The notes under the pieces were generated by a model. That model saw nothing but the letters and a program-made list of their open reading frames with translations, ran no database searches and was not told the origin of the DNA. This document shows, in pieces, positions 9,537 to 20,900 of a stretch of DNA of 64,000 bases (position 1 is its first letter; each line of letters opens with the position of its first letter). The translations under genes and the position numbers were made by a program. The DNA comes from an uncultured Acidobacteriota bacterium (lineage in GTDB: Bacteria; Acidobacteriota; Vicinamibacteria; Vicinamibacterales; 2-12-FULL-66-21): contig CAVRYF010000006.1 in the NCBI GenBank assembly GCA_963725325.1, positions 95,993 to 159,992 on the forward strand. Direction: 5' to 3'.

Positions 9537-9728
9537 ATGCCCGTGCAGAAGTTCCGCACGATCGAGGAGATGAACAACGCGCCCACACGAGAGCCGGCAC
9601 AACCGGATTTCGTGCGGTTCCTGCGTCACTGCGCGCGCTACTGGGCGATTGCCCCGAAAGTCTACCCGCGCGGCGTGTTCAAGTTCCGCACGATCGAAGA
9701 TGCGCAGCGGGCTCGCGAGCATCACTGA
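9537..9728 (+). CDS. small hypothetical protein (63 aa)
   Basis: The ORF has balanced composition (MPVQKFRTIEEMNN...KFRTIEDAQRAREHH) with an internal KFRTIE duplication. The SD is weak and distant. No family was recognised. Confidence 0.4.
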   Translation: MPVQKFRTIEEMNNAPTREPAQPDFVRFLRHCARYWAIAPKVYPRGVFKFRTIEDAQRAREHH

Positions 9729-9773
9729 CCGCTCCGGGATGGGCCACGTAAGCCGTCGGTTAACTGTCTACTC

Positions 9774-9857
9774 GGGCCATTCGGGCTTTCTTGATCGGAT
9801 TCCAGTCGGAGTAGGGCCAGCCGAAGTTCGAGCCTTCCTTCACGGCGTGCATCACCG
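9774..9857 (-). pseudogene. ~26-codon relic of a PQQ-dependent dehydrogenase paralogue
   Basis: The minus strand reads VMHAVKEGSNFGWPYSDWNPIKKARM. The intact gene reads VMHQVKEGSNFGWPYSYWDPIKKARM at 22950-23033. I counted about 88 percent nucleotide identity over ~66 nt. No ORF context exists on either side. Confidence 0.6.
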
Positions 9858-9885
9858 TATAATCCCCGCACACCCTCAAAAAAGC

Positions 9886-10500
9886 ATGAACGGCGAAGGG
9901 ACTGGAGATCGCGCCGGCCTGAGCGACGAGGTAACTTCGACGTCGCTGGCTCTACTCGCTCGCGCCCAGGCGGGCGACGTGCAAGCGCTCGAAGATCTTC
10001 TCGGCCGGTTGCTGCCGCGCCTGAGAACCTGGATCAGCGGCAGGTTGCCAGGCCGCTATCGTGACCTGTGCGACACAGAAGACCTCGTGCAGGACACGGT
10101 CGTTCGAACCCTGCGGATCCTTCCAGCATTCGAAATCCGACACGACGCTGGCCTTCAGGCGTACCTGCGCCAGGCGCTGTGGAACCGGCTGCGGGAAGAG
10201 ATCAGGCGCTCGGGCCGTCGCGGGCCCTCCGAATCACTCGATGAATCGCTCGCAGCAACGGATTCCTCCCCGCTGGAGCGGGCGATAGGCCTCCAGGCGA
10301 TCGAGCGATACGAAGCGGCGCTGCAGAAGCTGGAGGACGACGAGCGCAGCGCGGTCATCGGTCGCCTCGAGCTCGGCTACTCGTATCCGGAACTGGCGCT
10401 GCTACTTGGCAGGAATACGCCTGATGCGGCGCGCAAGCTCGTCGAGCGTGCCATCCCGAGGATCGTCACCTGGATGCGAGATGACGCACCGGCCGCCTGA
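9886..10500 (+). CDS. ECF-type RNA polymerase sigma-70 family factor
   Basis: ORF 9649..10500 trimmed to the ATG at 9886. It has region 2 (DTEDLVQDTVVRTL) and a region 4 HTH (GYSYPELALLLGRNTPDAARKLVERA). Its stop overlaps the downstream kinase start. Confidence 0.85.
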   Translation: MNGEGTGDRAGLSDEVTSTSLALLARAQAGDVQALEDLLGRLLPRLRTWISGRLPGRYRDLCDTEDLVQDTVVRTLRILPAFEIRHDAGLQAYLRQALWNRLREEIRRSGRRGPSESLDESLAATDSSPLERAIGLQAIERYEAALQKLEDDERSAVIGRLELGYSYPELALLLGRNTPDAARKLVERAIPRIVTWMRDDAPAA

Positions 10501-12895
10501 GTACGCCCACCTCGTCGAGGCGATTGTTGATGGGCGATCGATCGACGTCGTCCCGTCGCTTGACGATGATCGGACGCTCTCTCAGCTACGGGTGCTGCTC
10601 GAGATTGCCCGCGTCCACCGCGAGGCTTTGACCGTCGACGGCGTTGCGGGAGCATCGGTCGGCGCTGCACCGCCGGTGTCACTCGGTCACTCCACGTCGC
10701 GTTGGGCACACCTGCACCTGCTCGAGTCAATCGGACACGGTTCATCCGGCATGGTCTATCGGGCGTGGGACAGCCGGCTCGCAAGGGAGGTGGCGCTCAA
10801 GCTGATGCCGGCGGGAGGGACGTCGACCTCGTCCACGCTCGTCGAAGCCAGACGCCTGGCTCGCATACATCACCCGCACGTGGTCTCGGTGTACGGCGCC
10901 GATCAGATCGACGGCCGGGTCGGCGTCTGGATGGAACTGCTGAGGGGCCGTACGCTGCACGACGTGGTTCGGGCACAAGGGCCGCTGAGCGCGCGAGAGG
11001 CGGCGCTCCTCGGTGCCGACGTGTGCTCCGCGCTCGCCGCGGTGCACGGCGCGGGATTACTCCACCGCGACATCAAAGCCCAGAACGTCGTCCGCGAGCA
11101 CGGGGGCCGCATCGTCCTGATGGACCTCGGTGCAGGCCGTGAGATGGCCGACGATCCCTCGCTCGACCTGGCGGGGACGCCACTCTACATGGCGCCGGAG
11201 CTGTTTGTCGGAGGGCCCGCGACCGTCAGGAGTGACATCTACAGCCTGGGCGTGCTGCTTTTCTTTCTGACGACCGGATCCGTGCCGGTGGTTGCTTCCA
11301 CCTTGACCGAGATCCGCCGCGCGCACGAGCAGGGCCCTCGGAAGTCGTTGCGGGACCTGCGGCCAGACCTTTCGCGTGCGTTTGTCGAGACGGTCGATCG
11401 GGCGATCGGACCTGATCCAGCAGACCGGTTTGCGAGCGCGGGCGAGATGGAGCGAGCACTGTCAGCCAGCATGGGGGCTCGCCCCGTCGTCGTTCCCGCC
11501 TCGCCCAACAGGTCCCCGCTCGGTCGCGTTCTTGGCAGGAGCATTCCTGCATGGGCGGCGATTGCGCTGGCGCTGCTGGGGGGCTTGCTGGTTCTGGTTG
11601 CCGAGAACGTCAATCCGTTCTCTCGACGTGTGTCACCCGGTGTGGCGGTACCTGCGGGCGGCGGGACAGACGCGGGCGTCCGTCCCCTCAGTGCCGACCA
11701 GGCAAAGATTGCCCGCGGCTTCGAGGAACTCGGCTCGACGCTCGCGAGTCGCGGCGAGTGGGACCAATCGGTGCCGCAGTATGCCGAGGCTGAGCGGATC
11801 TACCGCCTCAACACCAACCCGGACGCTCCGCTGGTTGGCACCGCGCTGGCCAGGCTCGGGTGGGCGCAGCAGCACGCGGGGCAGCTCGAGGCGGCGCGTG
11901 GCAACTACGAGCTCGCGCTCGCCAAGTTCGAGAACTTCGACGTCGCCGCATGGACCGAGACGACCCTGGTTGCTCTCGCATCGCTCCACCAGCGCGCCGG
12001 TCGTCAACAGGACGCCGCGGAGGCCCTCGGTCGCGCGCTGCGAGTTCGAGCGCGGGTCCTGCTGGGATCGCACGATGATGTTGGCGGCCTCGCCCGAGTT
12101 GGCGTGGCCGTCGATCGACTGGAGAGCTCGCTGGCGTCAGTGCCGCTCGATCAAGACGGCGACGGCGACTGGCTGCCGGATGCGCTCGAGGTTGCCCTGG
12201 GCTTGAATCCACGATCGTCCGATGGGGACGGAGATGGCGTACCCGATGGGGACGAGGACGTGGACGGCGACGGTGTGTCGAACTGGCTCGAGTTCGGGGT
12301 GACCGTCGATCCGACGAAGATGATTGCGCACTTCGGCGGAGTCGATCCCGAATGGCTCGGGTTTCAGCAACCGGACAACCGGCGGTTCGTCGGGCGTTCC
12401 CTGACGTCGGCAGCGGCTCCAGCCTGGAAGATACCGAGCACCGGGCAAAGCATCTACTTCCATCCCCTCACTGGCGCCCAGCGCGCGGCGGCCATGACCC
12501 GTGGATGGCGATTCGTGACGCGAGGAGAACTGCACGAGGGCGTCGGACGGGTTGCGCTCGATTTGAGTCCTGATGGACCGCTCTTCGACCTGGGTTTCTA
12601 TCAGGAGGGGGCGACCGGCACCGACGTCCGCGTGATTACGAGCGTCGTGCCGTTGACGGGTCCGCTCGAATCCGCGTCTCGCGTTGGTCCGTGGCCACTG
12701 CTGGGCCTCGACTACGAGCCGTCGACGAAAGGCGCGGCGCTCGTGGTGAATGGTGCACGGCGGCCCATCGAGCCCTACGCTGGCCACAATCAGTTTCAAG
12801 ACGACATGGGGTTCTTCTTTGCTGCGAGCATCGGGCCGGGCAAGTCGGCGCGAAGTGATGTGGATTTCAACATCGTCAGGCTCGTGATTCGGTGA
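10481..12895 (+). CDS. membrane Ser/Thr protein kinase with TPR-like, TSP3-like Asp-rich repeats and a C-terminal beta-rich ectodomain
   Basis: Kinase motifs are GHGSSGMVYRA, VALKLM, HRDIKAQN, DLGAG and YMAPE, followed by one TM segment (WAAIALALLGGLLVLV) and DQDGDGDWLPD...DGDGDGVPDGDEDVDGDGVSNWLE. The ATG at 10481 overlaps the sigma gene by 20 nt. Confidence 0.85.
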   Translation: MTHRPPEYAHLVEAIVDGRSIDVVPSLDDDRTLSQLRVLLEIARVHREALTVDGVAGASVGAAPPVSLGHSTSRWAHLHLLESIGHGSSGMVYRAWDSRLAREVALKLMPAGGTSTSSTLVEARRLARIHHPHVVSVYGADQIDGRVGVWMELLRGRTLHDVVRAQGPLSAREAALLGADVCSALAAVHGAGLLHRDIKAQNVVREHGGRIVLMDLGAGREMADDPSLDLAGTPLYMAPELFVGGPATVRSDIYSLGVLLFFLTTGSVPVVASTLTEIRRAHEQGPRKSLRDLRPDLSRAFVETVDRAIGPDPADRFASAGEMERALSASMGARPVVVPASPNRSPLGRVLGRSIPAWAAIALALLGGLLVLVAENVNPFSRRVSPGVAVPAGGGTDAGVRPLSADQAKIARGFEELGSTLASRGEWDQSVPQYAEAERIYRLNTNPDAPLVGTALARLGWAQQHAGQLEAARGNYELALAKFENFDVAAWTETTLVALASLHQRAGRQQDAAEALGRALRVRARVLLGSHDDVGGLARVGVAVDRLESSLASVPLDQDGDGDWLPDALEVALGLNPRSSDGDGDGVPDGDEDVDGDGVSNWLEFGVTVDPTKMIAHFGGVDPEWLGFQQPDNRRFVGRSLTSAAAPAWKIPSTGQSIYFHPLTGAQRAAAMTRGWRFVTRGELHEGVGRVALDLSPDGPLFDLGFYQEGATGTDVRVITSVVPLTGPLESASRVGPWPLLGLDYEPSTKGAALVVNGARRPIEPYAGHNQFQDDMGFFFAASIGPGKSARSDVDFNIVRLVIR

Positions 12896-12914
12896 CGGTC
12901 CGGCAGACGGGACT

Positions 12915-14855
12915 GTGACGAACGTGCTCGACGGGCAGACACTCCAGCGCCTCGTGCAGGTGACCGGGCCGCTCAGTGCGCGCGAGGCGGCCCTCATCGG
13001 GGTGGATGTGTGCACCGCACTGAGTGCCTTGCATCGGGTGGGTTTGGCTCACGGGGGCGTCACGGCAGACACGGTACTCCGGCAGCACGGCGGGCGGATC
13101 GTTCTCGGAGGTGTTGACGGCCGGGGTGAGAACGCGGGTCCGGCGTCGCCCTACACGGCACCGGAAGTGATCGCTGGGAAAACGGCCACGACTTCGAGCG
13201 ACATCTACAGCCTTGGTGTTCTACTCCTGTTTCTCTCGACCGGATCAGTCGCCTTGGCTTCGGTGAAGTTGAACGAGACACATACCACGGACCGAACTGG
13301 CGCGACGAGATTCCTGCGCGATGTGCGGCCCGACCTGCCGCGGGCGTTCGTGGAGATCGTCGACCGCGCGCTTGCGCACGCCCCCGGCGATCGGTTCGCG
13401 AGCGCCGAGGAGATGAGACGTGCGCTGGCCACCGTGATCTCACGCGCCTCGGATCGCCAGGAGGGCGACGCCAAGAGCCCTGCCGGCCTGCTGGCCTGGA
13501 CGCACCCCGCCAGGGTCGTCGCCGCCGTCGTGATTTCCGTACTCGCGATGATGGTCGCCGTCACGGTCGCGCCCCTCTCGTGGAGAGGCTTCTTGACGCG
13601 CACGGCGCCGGCTGCCGATCGCGGGATCGCTGGCGCCGTCCGTGGCCTGACCGCCGATCAGGCGAAGATTGCCTTCGGCTTCGAGGAACTCGCGTCCTCG
13701 TTGGCTGGTCGCGGCCAGTGGGAGCAGTCAGCAGCACAGTACGGGGAAGCCGAGCGTATCTATCGACTGAATATGGGCCCGGACGCGCCGCTCGTGGCCG
13801 CGGCGCTCACCAGGGTTGCCTGGGCGCACCAGCACGCGGGGCAGTTCGATCTGGCGCGCCGCGACTACGAGCTCGCGATCGCCACATTCGAGGATGCCGC
13901 CCCTGGCCCGCTTCTGGAAGTCGCACTTGGGGCTCTGGCCTCGCTCCAGCAACGTGATGGCCGCTTCGCCGATGCCGTCGCCTCGATCGATCGTGCGCTC
14001 ACGTTGCGCGCTCAGATCCTTCAGCAATCCGCCGATCCGACCCGAGGCCTGTCGCGTATCGGCATCGACTCTTCGGTGTTGGCCGCGCTGATGTCCTCAC
14101 ATTCCCTCGCAGACGACGAGGACGGCGACTGGCTGCCTGATTTGCTTGAAGTTGCCGTCGGATTGCGCCCGGATTCGAGCGATACCGACAGAGACGGGGT
14201 TCCGGACGCCGAAGAAGACCACGACCTCGACCGAATTTCGAACGTCGTCGAGTTCGGGTTGACCGCGGATCCCACGAAGATTGTTGCTCACTATGGCGCG
14301 GTGGACCCCGAATGGTCAGGGTTTCAGCAGCCCGCGAACCGGCGATTTTCGGGCCGTGCGGCGGGCGTGCCGTCCGTCGCAGCGTCGTGGAACGTTTCAG
14401 GCCCAGGTCAGCTGATGTACTACCAGCCTCTCACGAGTACCCAGAAGGCAACCGCACTCCGTCGCGGCTGGCGCCTGATGGCTCGAGGCTCGCTGCATCG
14501 TGGCGGCGCGTTCGCGAATGTAGACTTCGAACCTGGCGGTCCGCGTTTCGACTTGGAGTTCCTCCGCAATGCCGCTGACGGCGTCGACGTTCAGCTGAAT
14601 ACCAGCGTGGTGCCGTTCGAGGGACCCATCGAGCACGTGTCGGGAGGCGATCGCTGGGCGCTCACCGAGCTCTTGTACGATCCCACCCTCGGGCGCGCGA
14701 CGATTCTCATCGACGGGGTTCGACGGTCTCCCCAATACGCCGGCCACAAGCAGTTCCAGGAGGGTCTCGGGCTGTTCTTTGGCACTTGGGACGTCTTCGG
14801 TAAGGCCACATCGGGTGACGCCGATCTCGGCCTCGTGGTGTTCGTCATCCGCTGA
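12915..14855 (+). CDS. N-lobe-less pseudokinase paralogue of the upstream kinase (C-lobe remnant + TM + TPR-like + TSP3-like + C-terminal domain)
   Basis: It aligns to the upstream kinase from the alpha-D region onward (GPLSAREAAL, SDIYSLGVLL, DRFASA.EM.RAL). HRDIKAQN is replaced by AHGGVTADT, and DLG and the whole Gly-loop/Lys N-lobe are absent. The start is GTG. Confidence 0.7.
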   Translation: MTNVLDGQTLQRLVQVTGPLSAREAALIGVDVCTALSALHRVGLAHGGVTADTVLRQHGGRIVLGGVDGRGENAGPASPYTAPEVIAGKTATTSSDIYSLGVLLLFLSTGSVALASVKLNETHTTDRTGATRFLRDVRPDLPRAFVEIVDRALAHAPGDRFASAEEMRRALATVISRASDRQEGDAKSPAGLLAWTHPARVVAAVVISVLAMMVAVTVAPLSWRGFLTRTAPAADRGIAGAVRGLTADQAKIAFGFEELASSLAGRGQWEQSAAQYGEAERIYRLNMGPDAPLVAAALTRVAWAHQHAGQFDLARRDYELAIATFEDAAPGPLLEVALGALASLQQRDGRFADAVASIDRALTLRAQILQQSADPTRGLSRIGIDSSVLAALMSSHSLADDEDGDWLPDLLEVAVGLRPDSSDTDRDGVPDAEEDHDLDRISNVVEFGLTADPTKIVAHYGAVDPEWSGFQQPANRRFSGRAAGVPSVAASWNVSGPGQLMYYQPLTSTQKATALRRGWRLMARGSLHRGGAFANVDFEPGGPRFDLEFLRNAADGVDVQLNTSVVPFEGPIEHVSGGDRWALTELLYDPTLGRATILIDGVRRSPQYAGHKQFQEGLGLFFGTWDVFGKATSGDADLGLVVFVIR

Positions 14856-14997
14856 CCGCTACGGTCTCCTGACAAGTCTTCCCCGCCGACGACTTTCATG
14901 TCGTTTGGCGTGAGGATCCAACTTGTCTGTCCGCAAAGCCGCCTCTTCGACATTGGTGTGGTTGACGAGCTAGTGTGCCACTGGCTGGGAGGCCGAG

Positions 14998-17904
14998 ATG
15001 CGAACGCCGCGCGCTGCGGGATTGGTCGCGACCGCAATTCTCGTCTCGCTGTTGCATGTTCGCGGCGGGGCGGCACTGCTGTCGGAACATGTCGGCGCCA
15101 CAAACCCGACCCCCGAGGGCTTCACACGGTTCAGCACGACCACCGCCACCAGTCCCGTCCTCAACTATGCCACCGCGGCCGCCCCCACAGCGCCGACGAC
15201 GAGCTACGCGGCCTGGCAAGCCGCTGCGCCGCCGGCTCTGACGACGGTCGATTTTGAGGCTTTTGCGACCGGAACGCTTCTGACGGGCAACGAATACGCC
15301 GCCCTTGGCCTGACGCTCATTCAGCGCGACGGCGATCCCATGCGAATCGCCTCGCCAGGAGACGGCTCGTTCACATCGACCGCCAACGTCAGGTCTCCGA
15401 CGCATGTCGTATCGTCGTCCGCGATTCCTGGGTCTTCCTCCGGATACGACGGTTCGCGGTCCGAAAACTACGACTTCATCTTTGCCAATCCGATAATGGC
15501 TGCTGGCCTCTGGGTTGGTAATCTCAATCCGGGGTTCAACACCGTCGCCGTCGAGTTCCTCGACGCTGCCGGTGGGGTAATAGCTACGCAGCCGCTCAAC
15601 ACTCTCGACTCCAACCTCATTAGGGGCACCGGGCAATACGACAACCGGCTGTTCGTCGGTATCAATTCGGTGACGCCGGTCAAGCGAATCCGCGTCAACA
15701 ACGCGGCTGGCGATCAGGACGGGATCGTGTTCGACGACGTCGTCTTTGAACCCCCAGGCAATCCAGTACCAAGCCTGACCAGCCTCTCGCCTTCGAGTGC
15801 CGGCATCGGCGCGCAGAGTTTCACCCTCACCGTCAACGGCAGCGACTTCGTAAATGGGGCCGAGGTGCGGTGGAACGGCGCCGCCCGTGCGACGACGTTC
15901 GTTGCCGGTAGCCAGGTGCGCGCGACGATTCCGGCGAGCGATGTCGAGGCGACTGGTACGGCGAGCGTCATGGTGGTCAACCCCTCGCCCGGCGGGGGCA
16001 CGTCGAACGGACTCGTCTTCACGACGAAGCCGACCGTGTCACTCGATAAGACAAAGTTGACATTCGGCGCGGTGACGTCCGGCCAGAGCTTTCTGTTTCA
16101 GACGGCGGCACAGGTCGTTCGGCTCACGCAGACTGGCGGCGGGACAGTCACCTGGACTGCAGCGTCGAACCAGCCGTGGCTGCAGGTCAGCCCGTCGTCG
16201 GGCACCGGTTCGTCGAGTCTGTCAATCAGCGTGAGGCCCGCCACCGGACTGCCTCCAGCCGGCACGCTCACGGGTGCCATCAGCTTTACATTCGCTGGGG
16301 CATTCAATACCGCAGGCCCAATTACGGTGAAGCTCAACCTACTGAGCGGCACATCTGCAGAGCCCTTTGGCTTCGTCGACACGCCGTTCGACGGCATCTC
16401 TGGAGTGACGGGCGCCGTGCCGTTCACAGGCTGGATGCTCGACGACGTCGAAGGCGTGCGGGTCATGATTTGTCGGGCGGCGGTCGGATCGGAGGTCGCA
16501 CCAGCGGATCCGAACTGCGCCGGCATGAACCAGATTTTTGTCGGCTTCCCCGTGTTCATCGATGTCGCGCGGCCGGACGTCGAGGCGGCGTACCCTGAGA
16601 TTCCTCTCAACAGTCGCGCCGGCTGGGGCCTGATGGTCCTGACCAACATGCTGCCGAGCCAGGGGAATGGGACGTTCCTGTTCTACATCTGGGGCCAGGA
16701 TCGTGAAGGAAACACGAAGCTGCTCGGCACACGAACGATCACGTGCGACAACGCGCACGCGACGAAGCCGTTCGGGGCGATCGACACGCCCACCCAGGGA
16801 GGCGTGGCGTCGGGCACCGCTTTTGTGAACTTCGGCTGGGTGCTGACGCCGTTGCCCAAGACGGTTCCGACGGATGGTTCGACGATCAGCGTGCTCGTTG
16901 ATGGGGTGGTTGTGGGTACGGCTGATTACAACTACTTCCGCGATGACATCGCGAAAGCGTTTCCCGGTCTGAACAACACGAACGGGGCAATCGGTGTCCG
17001 TATGCTCGACACGACGACGATGACGAATGGAACGCATACCATCGTCTGGGTGGTCACCGACAATCAGGGAATCACCGAAGGGATCGGGAGTCGCTTCTTC
17101 AACGTCTCGAACGGAGTCGGGGCGGTGACGGGTTCCGTCGACGATACGCGGCCATCCGAGCGATCGATCTCGGCCGCTTCGACTGCTCCGGTCGACTTCC
17201 TGCCGAAAGACACGTCACTCGTGCTCGGGCGTCAAGGGTGGGATCTTGATGCGTCCTACCGTCTGTTGCCCGAGGATGACCTCGACAGGCTCGTCGTGCG
17301 CAGCGAGGAAGTCAATCGCATCGAGCTTCAGCTCGGCGCCGGGGAATACAGGGGGCACCTCCGCGTAGGCAGGGCGTTGAAGCCGCTGCCCACAGGGTCC
17401 CGTCTCGATGCGGCGACGGGCGAATTCACGTGGGCACCGGGGCCCGGTTTCGTCGGCCCGTACGATTTGGTTTTCGTCCGGCATGTCAACGGCCGCGCGG
17501 TGGCGCGCCGTGAGGTTCGCATCGTTCTGCTGCCCAAGGACCGCAGAGCGGCCGGGCCTCAGGTCGTGATCGATACGCCGGCGGCGCGGCGAGTGGTGAG
17601 CCAGCCATTCGCACTCGCAGGGTGGGCGGTGGATCTCGATTCGCCGTCAGGCACTGGTATCGCTGCCCCGCATGTCTGGGCGTATCCACTCGCGGGCGGG
17701 CGTCCGGTGTTTCTTGGCACCACCAAATACGGCGGCGCACGCACGGATGTCGAGGCGCTTCATGGCGAGGAGTTCAGGGGTTCGGGGTTCGACCTTGTCG
17801 TTCAGGGCCTCGCACCGGGGACCTACGACCTGGCGGTCTTCGCGTGGAGCATGTCGCGGGCTGACTTTCTGCCGGCGCGAACAGTGCGAGTCACGGTTCG
17901 ATGA
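14998..17904 (+). CDS. large secreted protein: N-terminal beta-rich domain, IPT/TIG, BACON-like, three Ig-like xIDTP..GW modules
   Basis: GGGAGG lies 5 nt upstream. Signal peptide [22 protein letters not shown]-like region [28 protein letters not shown]-like region [32 protein letters not shown]. Repeated modules begin [14 protein letters not shown] and VVIDTP. Confidence 0.8.
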   Translation: MRTPRAAGLVATAILVSLLHVRGGAALLSEHVGATNPTPEGFTRFSTTTATSPVLNYATAAAPTAPTTSYAAWQAAAPPALTTVDFEAFATGTLLTGNEYAALGLTLIQRDGDPMRIASPGDGSFTSTANVRSPTHVVSSSAIPGSSSGYDGSRSENYDFIFANPIMAAGLWVGNLNPGFNTVAVEFLDAAGGVIATQPLNTLDSNLIRGTGQYDNRLFVGINSVTPVKRIRVNNAAGDQDGIVFDDVVFEPPGNPVPSLTSLSPSSAGIGAQSFTLTVNGSDFVNGAEVRWNGAARATTFVAGSQVRATIPASDVEATGTASVMVVNPSPGGGTSNGLVFTTKPTVSLDKTKLTFGAVTSGQSFLFQTAAQVVRLTQTGGGTVTWTAASNQPWLQVSPSSGTGSSSLSISVRPATGLPPAGTLTGAISFTFAGAFNTAGPITVKLNLLSGTSAEPFGFVDTPFDGISGVTGAVPFTGWMLDDVEGVRVMICRAAVGSEVAPADPNCAGMNQIFVGFPVFIDVARPDVEAAYPEIPLNSRAGWGLMVLTNMLPSQGNGTFLFYIWGQDREGNTKLLGTRTITCDNAHATKPFGAIDTPTQGGVASGTAFVNFGWVLTPLPKTVPTDGSTISVLVDGVVVGTADYNYFRDDIAKAFPGLNNTNGAIGVRMLDTTTMTNGTHTIVWVVTDNQGITEGIGSRFFNVSNGVGAVTGSVDDTRPSERSISAASTAPVDFLPKDTSLVLGRQGWDLDASYRLLPEDDLDRLVVRSEEVNRIELQLGAGEYRGHLRVGRALKPLPTGSRLDAATGEFTWAPGPGFVGPYDLVFVRHVNGRAVARREVRIVLLPKDRRAAGPQVVIDTPAARRVVSQPFALAGWAVDLDSPSGTGIAAPHVWAYPLAGGRPVFLGTTKYGGARTDVEALHGEEFRGSGFDLVVQGLAPGTYDLAVFAWSMSRADFLPARTVRVTVR

Positions 17905-17997
17905 TCTCGTTGCCGGTCTTGCGCATTCAAGTGCCTCCGTAAGGGTGGTCGTTCGCCCGGCGGTTGCCGTCAACTGATTCGTCTCTGAGGAGGACCC

Positions 17998-20900
17998 ATG
18001 GCCGTACGGCGAGCGCGGCGGCAACCAATCCTGGCGATCCCTGACACGCACCAAGCGACGGCCGTCACGCTTGTGCTGTGCCTTGGCTTGAGCATCGCGG
18101 GCTCCGGTCGCGTGTTCGCCCTGTTCGGGTGGCCGCGAGCAGCGACTGGCAGGGTCGCTGATGGCCAGCTCGTTGCCGTTGCGACACGGTCGAGTCCGTT
18201 CAGTTCCCAACCGTGGACCGCGGTGCCGACCTTCAGCGAACGTCCTATATCGGGATCGACTGCCGAGCTGCAGGAACAGGACGAGTGTCAAAGCAACGTA
18301 GAGGGTGCCCTGTGGCCACCATACTGTGACGGCTATACCTATTGCGATATGTATCGCGAGGTGTGCAGGCTCAGCGCGCGCATTGGCTATTTCCGCGTGC
18401 GATTCGAGAGCTCGTGTCCGCCGTGTCAAGCACCATTTCGTCTGACCGCAGGAGAGAGTCGTCGGCGGCCGCTCTCCACGTCCGTGATTCCGAACGCCTC
18501 GACCGTGCACGCCGACGATAGCTCGGCGCATACGCTGCCAGGCGAAACCGCCGTCGATCAACCGGCGACCGGCGATCTGCTGGTTCGAGTCAGTGTGTCG
18601 TCGACCGGAGCCCAGGCGACTGGTGGTAGCAGCATCGTTCCCGCGCTCAGCGCAGACGGCCGCTTCGTCGCGTTCGACTCCGGCGCGACAAGTCTCGTTT
18701 CAAACGACACGAACGGCAAGCGGGACGTGTTCCTGCACGACCGAACGACGTCTCAAGTCACGCGAGTCAGCGTGGCGCCTGGAGGTGTTCAGGCCAACGG
18801 CGATAGCCTATCGCCCGCCATCAGCGCGGACGGACGGTACATCGCGTTCCTATCGAGCGCCACCAACCTCGTGAGTGGAGACACTAACGGGGTCGCTGAC
18901 GTCTTCGTGCACGACCGTCAGTCGGGAACGACCGAGAGGGCGAACCTCGGGCCCTCAGGCGTCCAGGCCAACGCCGCGTCGTGGCCGTCGGACTTGGCCT
19001 GGTACCTCGAGGGGGACATGTCGCGGTCGCAGGTGGCGATGTCGGAGGATGGACGATACGTGGCGTTCATCTCGGGCGCCACTAACTTCGTCCCGCCCGT
19101 TGCGGGTGTTCCGGGAGCCGGGGTCTGCATTCGCGATCGCCAGCTCGCCCAGACCTCGTGCCTCGGTCGTGCCGGCCGTGATGTGACGATGAGCCGCGAT
19201 GGTCGATTCGTTGCGTTCTCCGACGGCGGCGTCTACATTCACGACCGGACGACTGTCCAGACGCAGCTCGTGAGCGTCAGTCGAACCGGTGGCGCCGGCA
19301 ACGCCGCGTCTCTTGCCCCATCGGTTTCCGATGACGGGCGATACGTGGCGTTTACCTCGGACTCGACCGACCTTCTGGCCTCTCAGGCCGGCGGCCCACG
19401 CGGCATTTACCTGCGCGATCGGCAAAACGGTACGACGACGATGATCAGCGGCGGGCGGAATTTCCACCCATCGATCAGCGGCGACGCGAGATATGTGGCA
19501 TACGCAAGGTTCGGCGTTGGAGAGGTCGTGCGGTTCGATCGGATGACCTCGCAGATCCGAGTCATCAGTCGACCGCTCAGTGGGACAGATGCGTCCAATG
19601 CCGCGAGCTTCGGCGCCGCGATCAGCGCCGACGGCCGGACAGTGGCTTTTGCCTCGGCGGCGACCAACCTGATTCCCGGCGACACGAATGGTCAGGACGA
19701 CGTGTTCGTCGCGCCAGTTGGCGATGAGCTGCCGACCATGGCGCTCGACAGGACGTCGCTGCGGTTCGGTGCCGTCAGCAACGGCGCAGGGTTTCTGTTT
19801 CAGACGTCTTTGCAGACCGTACGCCTGACCCAAACCGGACCCGCTACTCCAGTGACGTGGACCGCGATTGCAGCTCAGCCATGGATCCAAGTGAGTCCTT
19901 CGTCCGGCACTGGATCGTCGGCGTTGACCATCACGGTCGGTCAAAGCGCTGGCGTGCCGCCGACAGGAACTGTCGCCGGCGCCGTCAACATCGTGTTCAG
20001 CGGTGCCACGAACACTGTTGGGCAGGTGTCGGTGACGCTGAACGTAATGCCGAACGGAACGTCCCTCTTTCCGCTCGGCTTCGTTGACACGCCGACGGAC
20101 CATGCCACGGGCGTGACGGGAGCCATTCCCTTTACCGGGTGGGCGCTCGACGATGTCGAAGTCGTCAACCTCTGGATTTGCCGTGCGACGACCGCGGGAG
20201 AAGGAGCGGCCGCCGACGCCCGGTGCAACGGCAAGGCTCAGGTGTTTCTGGGCGACGGCGTGTTCATCGAGTTCGCAAGGACTGACGTCCAGCTGTCGTA
20301 CGCCAACTTCCCACATAACAGTCGAGCGGGCTGGGGATTCATGGTTCTGACCAACATGCTTCCTGCGCAGGGCAACGGCACCTACGTGTTCTACATCTAC
20401 GCGAAGGACGCAGAGGGGCGCGTCGTGCAGCTCGGTACACGCACGATCACGTGCGCCAATGCGAGTGCGACCAAACCCTTCGGGACGATCGACACGCCCA
20501 GGCAGGGTGACGTGATTTCCGGGACGAGCTACGTGAACTTCGGGTGGGCGTTGACGCCGCAGCCGAAGGCCATTCCCACGGACGGTTCGACCATCACAGT
20601 CATCGTCGACGGCGTGTCGGTAGGAAAAGCGGACTACAACCACTATCGGCCGGATGTCGCTGGCTTCTTTCCCGGGCTCGCCAACACGAACGGCGCGATC
20701 GGATTCCGCATCCTCGACACGACGGCACTTGCCAACGGCCGACATACGATCTCATGGACCGTGACCGACAATCAGGGCGTGACCGAAGGCCTCGGAAGCC
20801 GCTTCTTTACCGTGTTCAACGGTGCGGGCACTGCGGCGAACACAACGGAGGTCGCCAATCGCGGCGCGGCCGCCGCCGACACCAGTGCCGATGCCCTCGC

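Noticed and set aside
14856-14997. Search for an ECF-type promoter (GGAAC-N16-17-CGT) upstream of the first giant protein gene
   Set aside because: Only a weak AAC...CGCC match (ggatccaac-17 nt-cgcc) was found, which is not convincing without the sigma factor's known motif.
17647-18561. 304-aa minus-strand ORF opposite the atypical N-terminus of the 1205-aa protein
   Set aside because: I considered it because the + strand N-terminal 190 aa look unusual (Cys-rich, no family). However, the minus ORF is Arg-rich with no SD, while the + ORF has GAGGAGG at ideal spacing. The true start of the + gene remains somewhat uncertain.
18955-20745. 596-aa minus-strand ORF
   Set aside because: It is antisense to the PD40/BACON/Ig-like protein gene. 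It is extremely Arg-rich and has no motifs.
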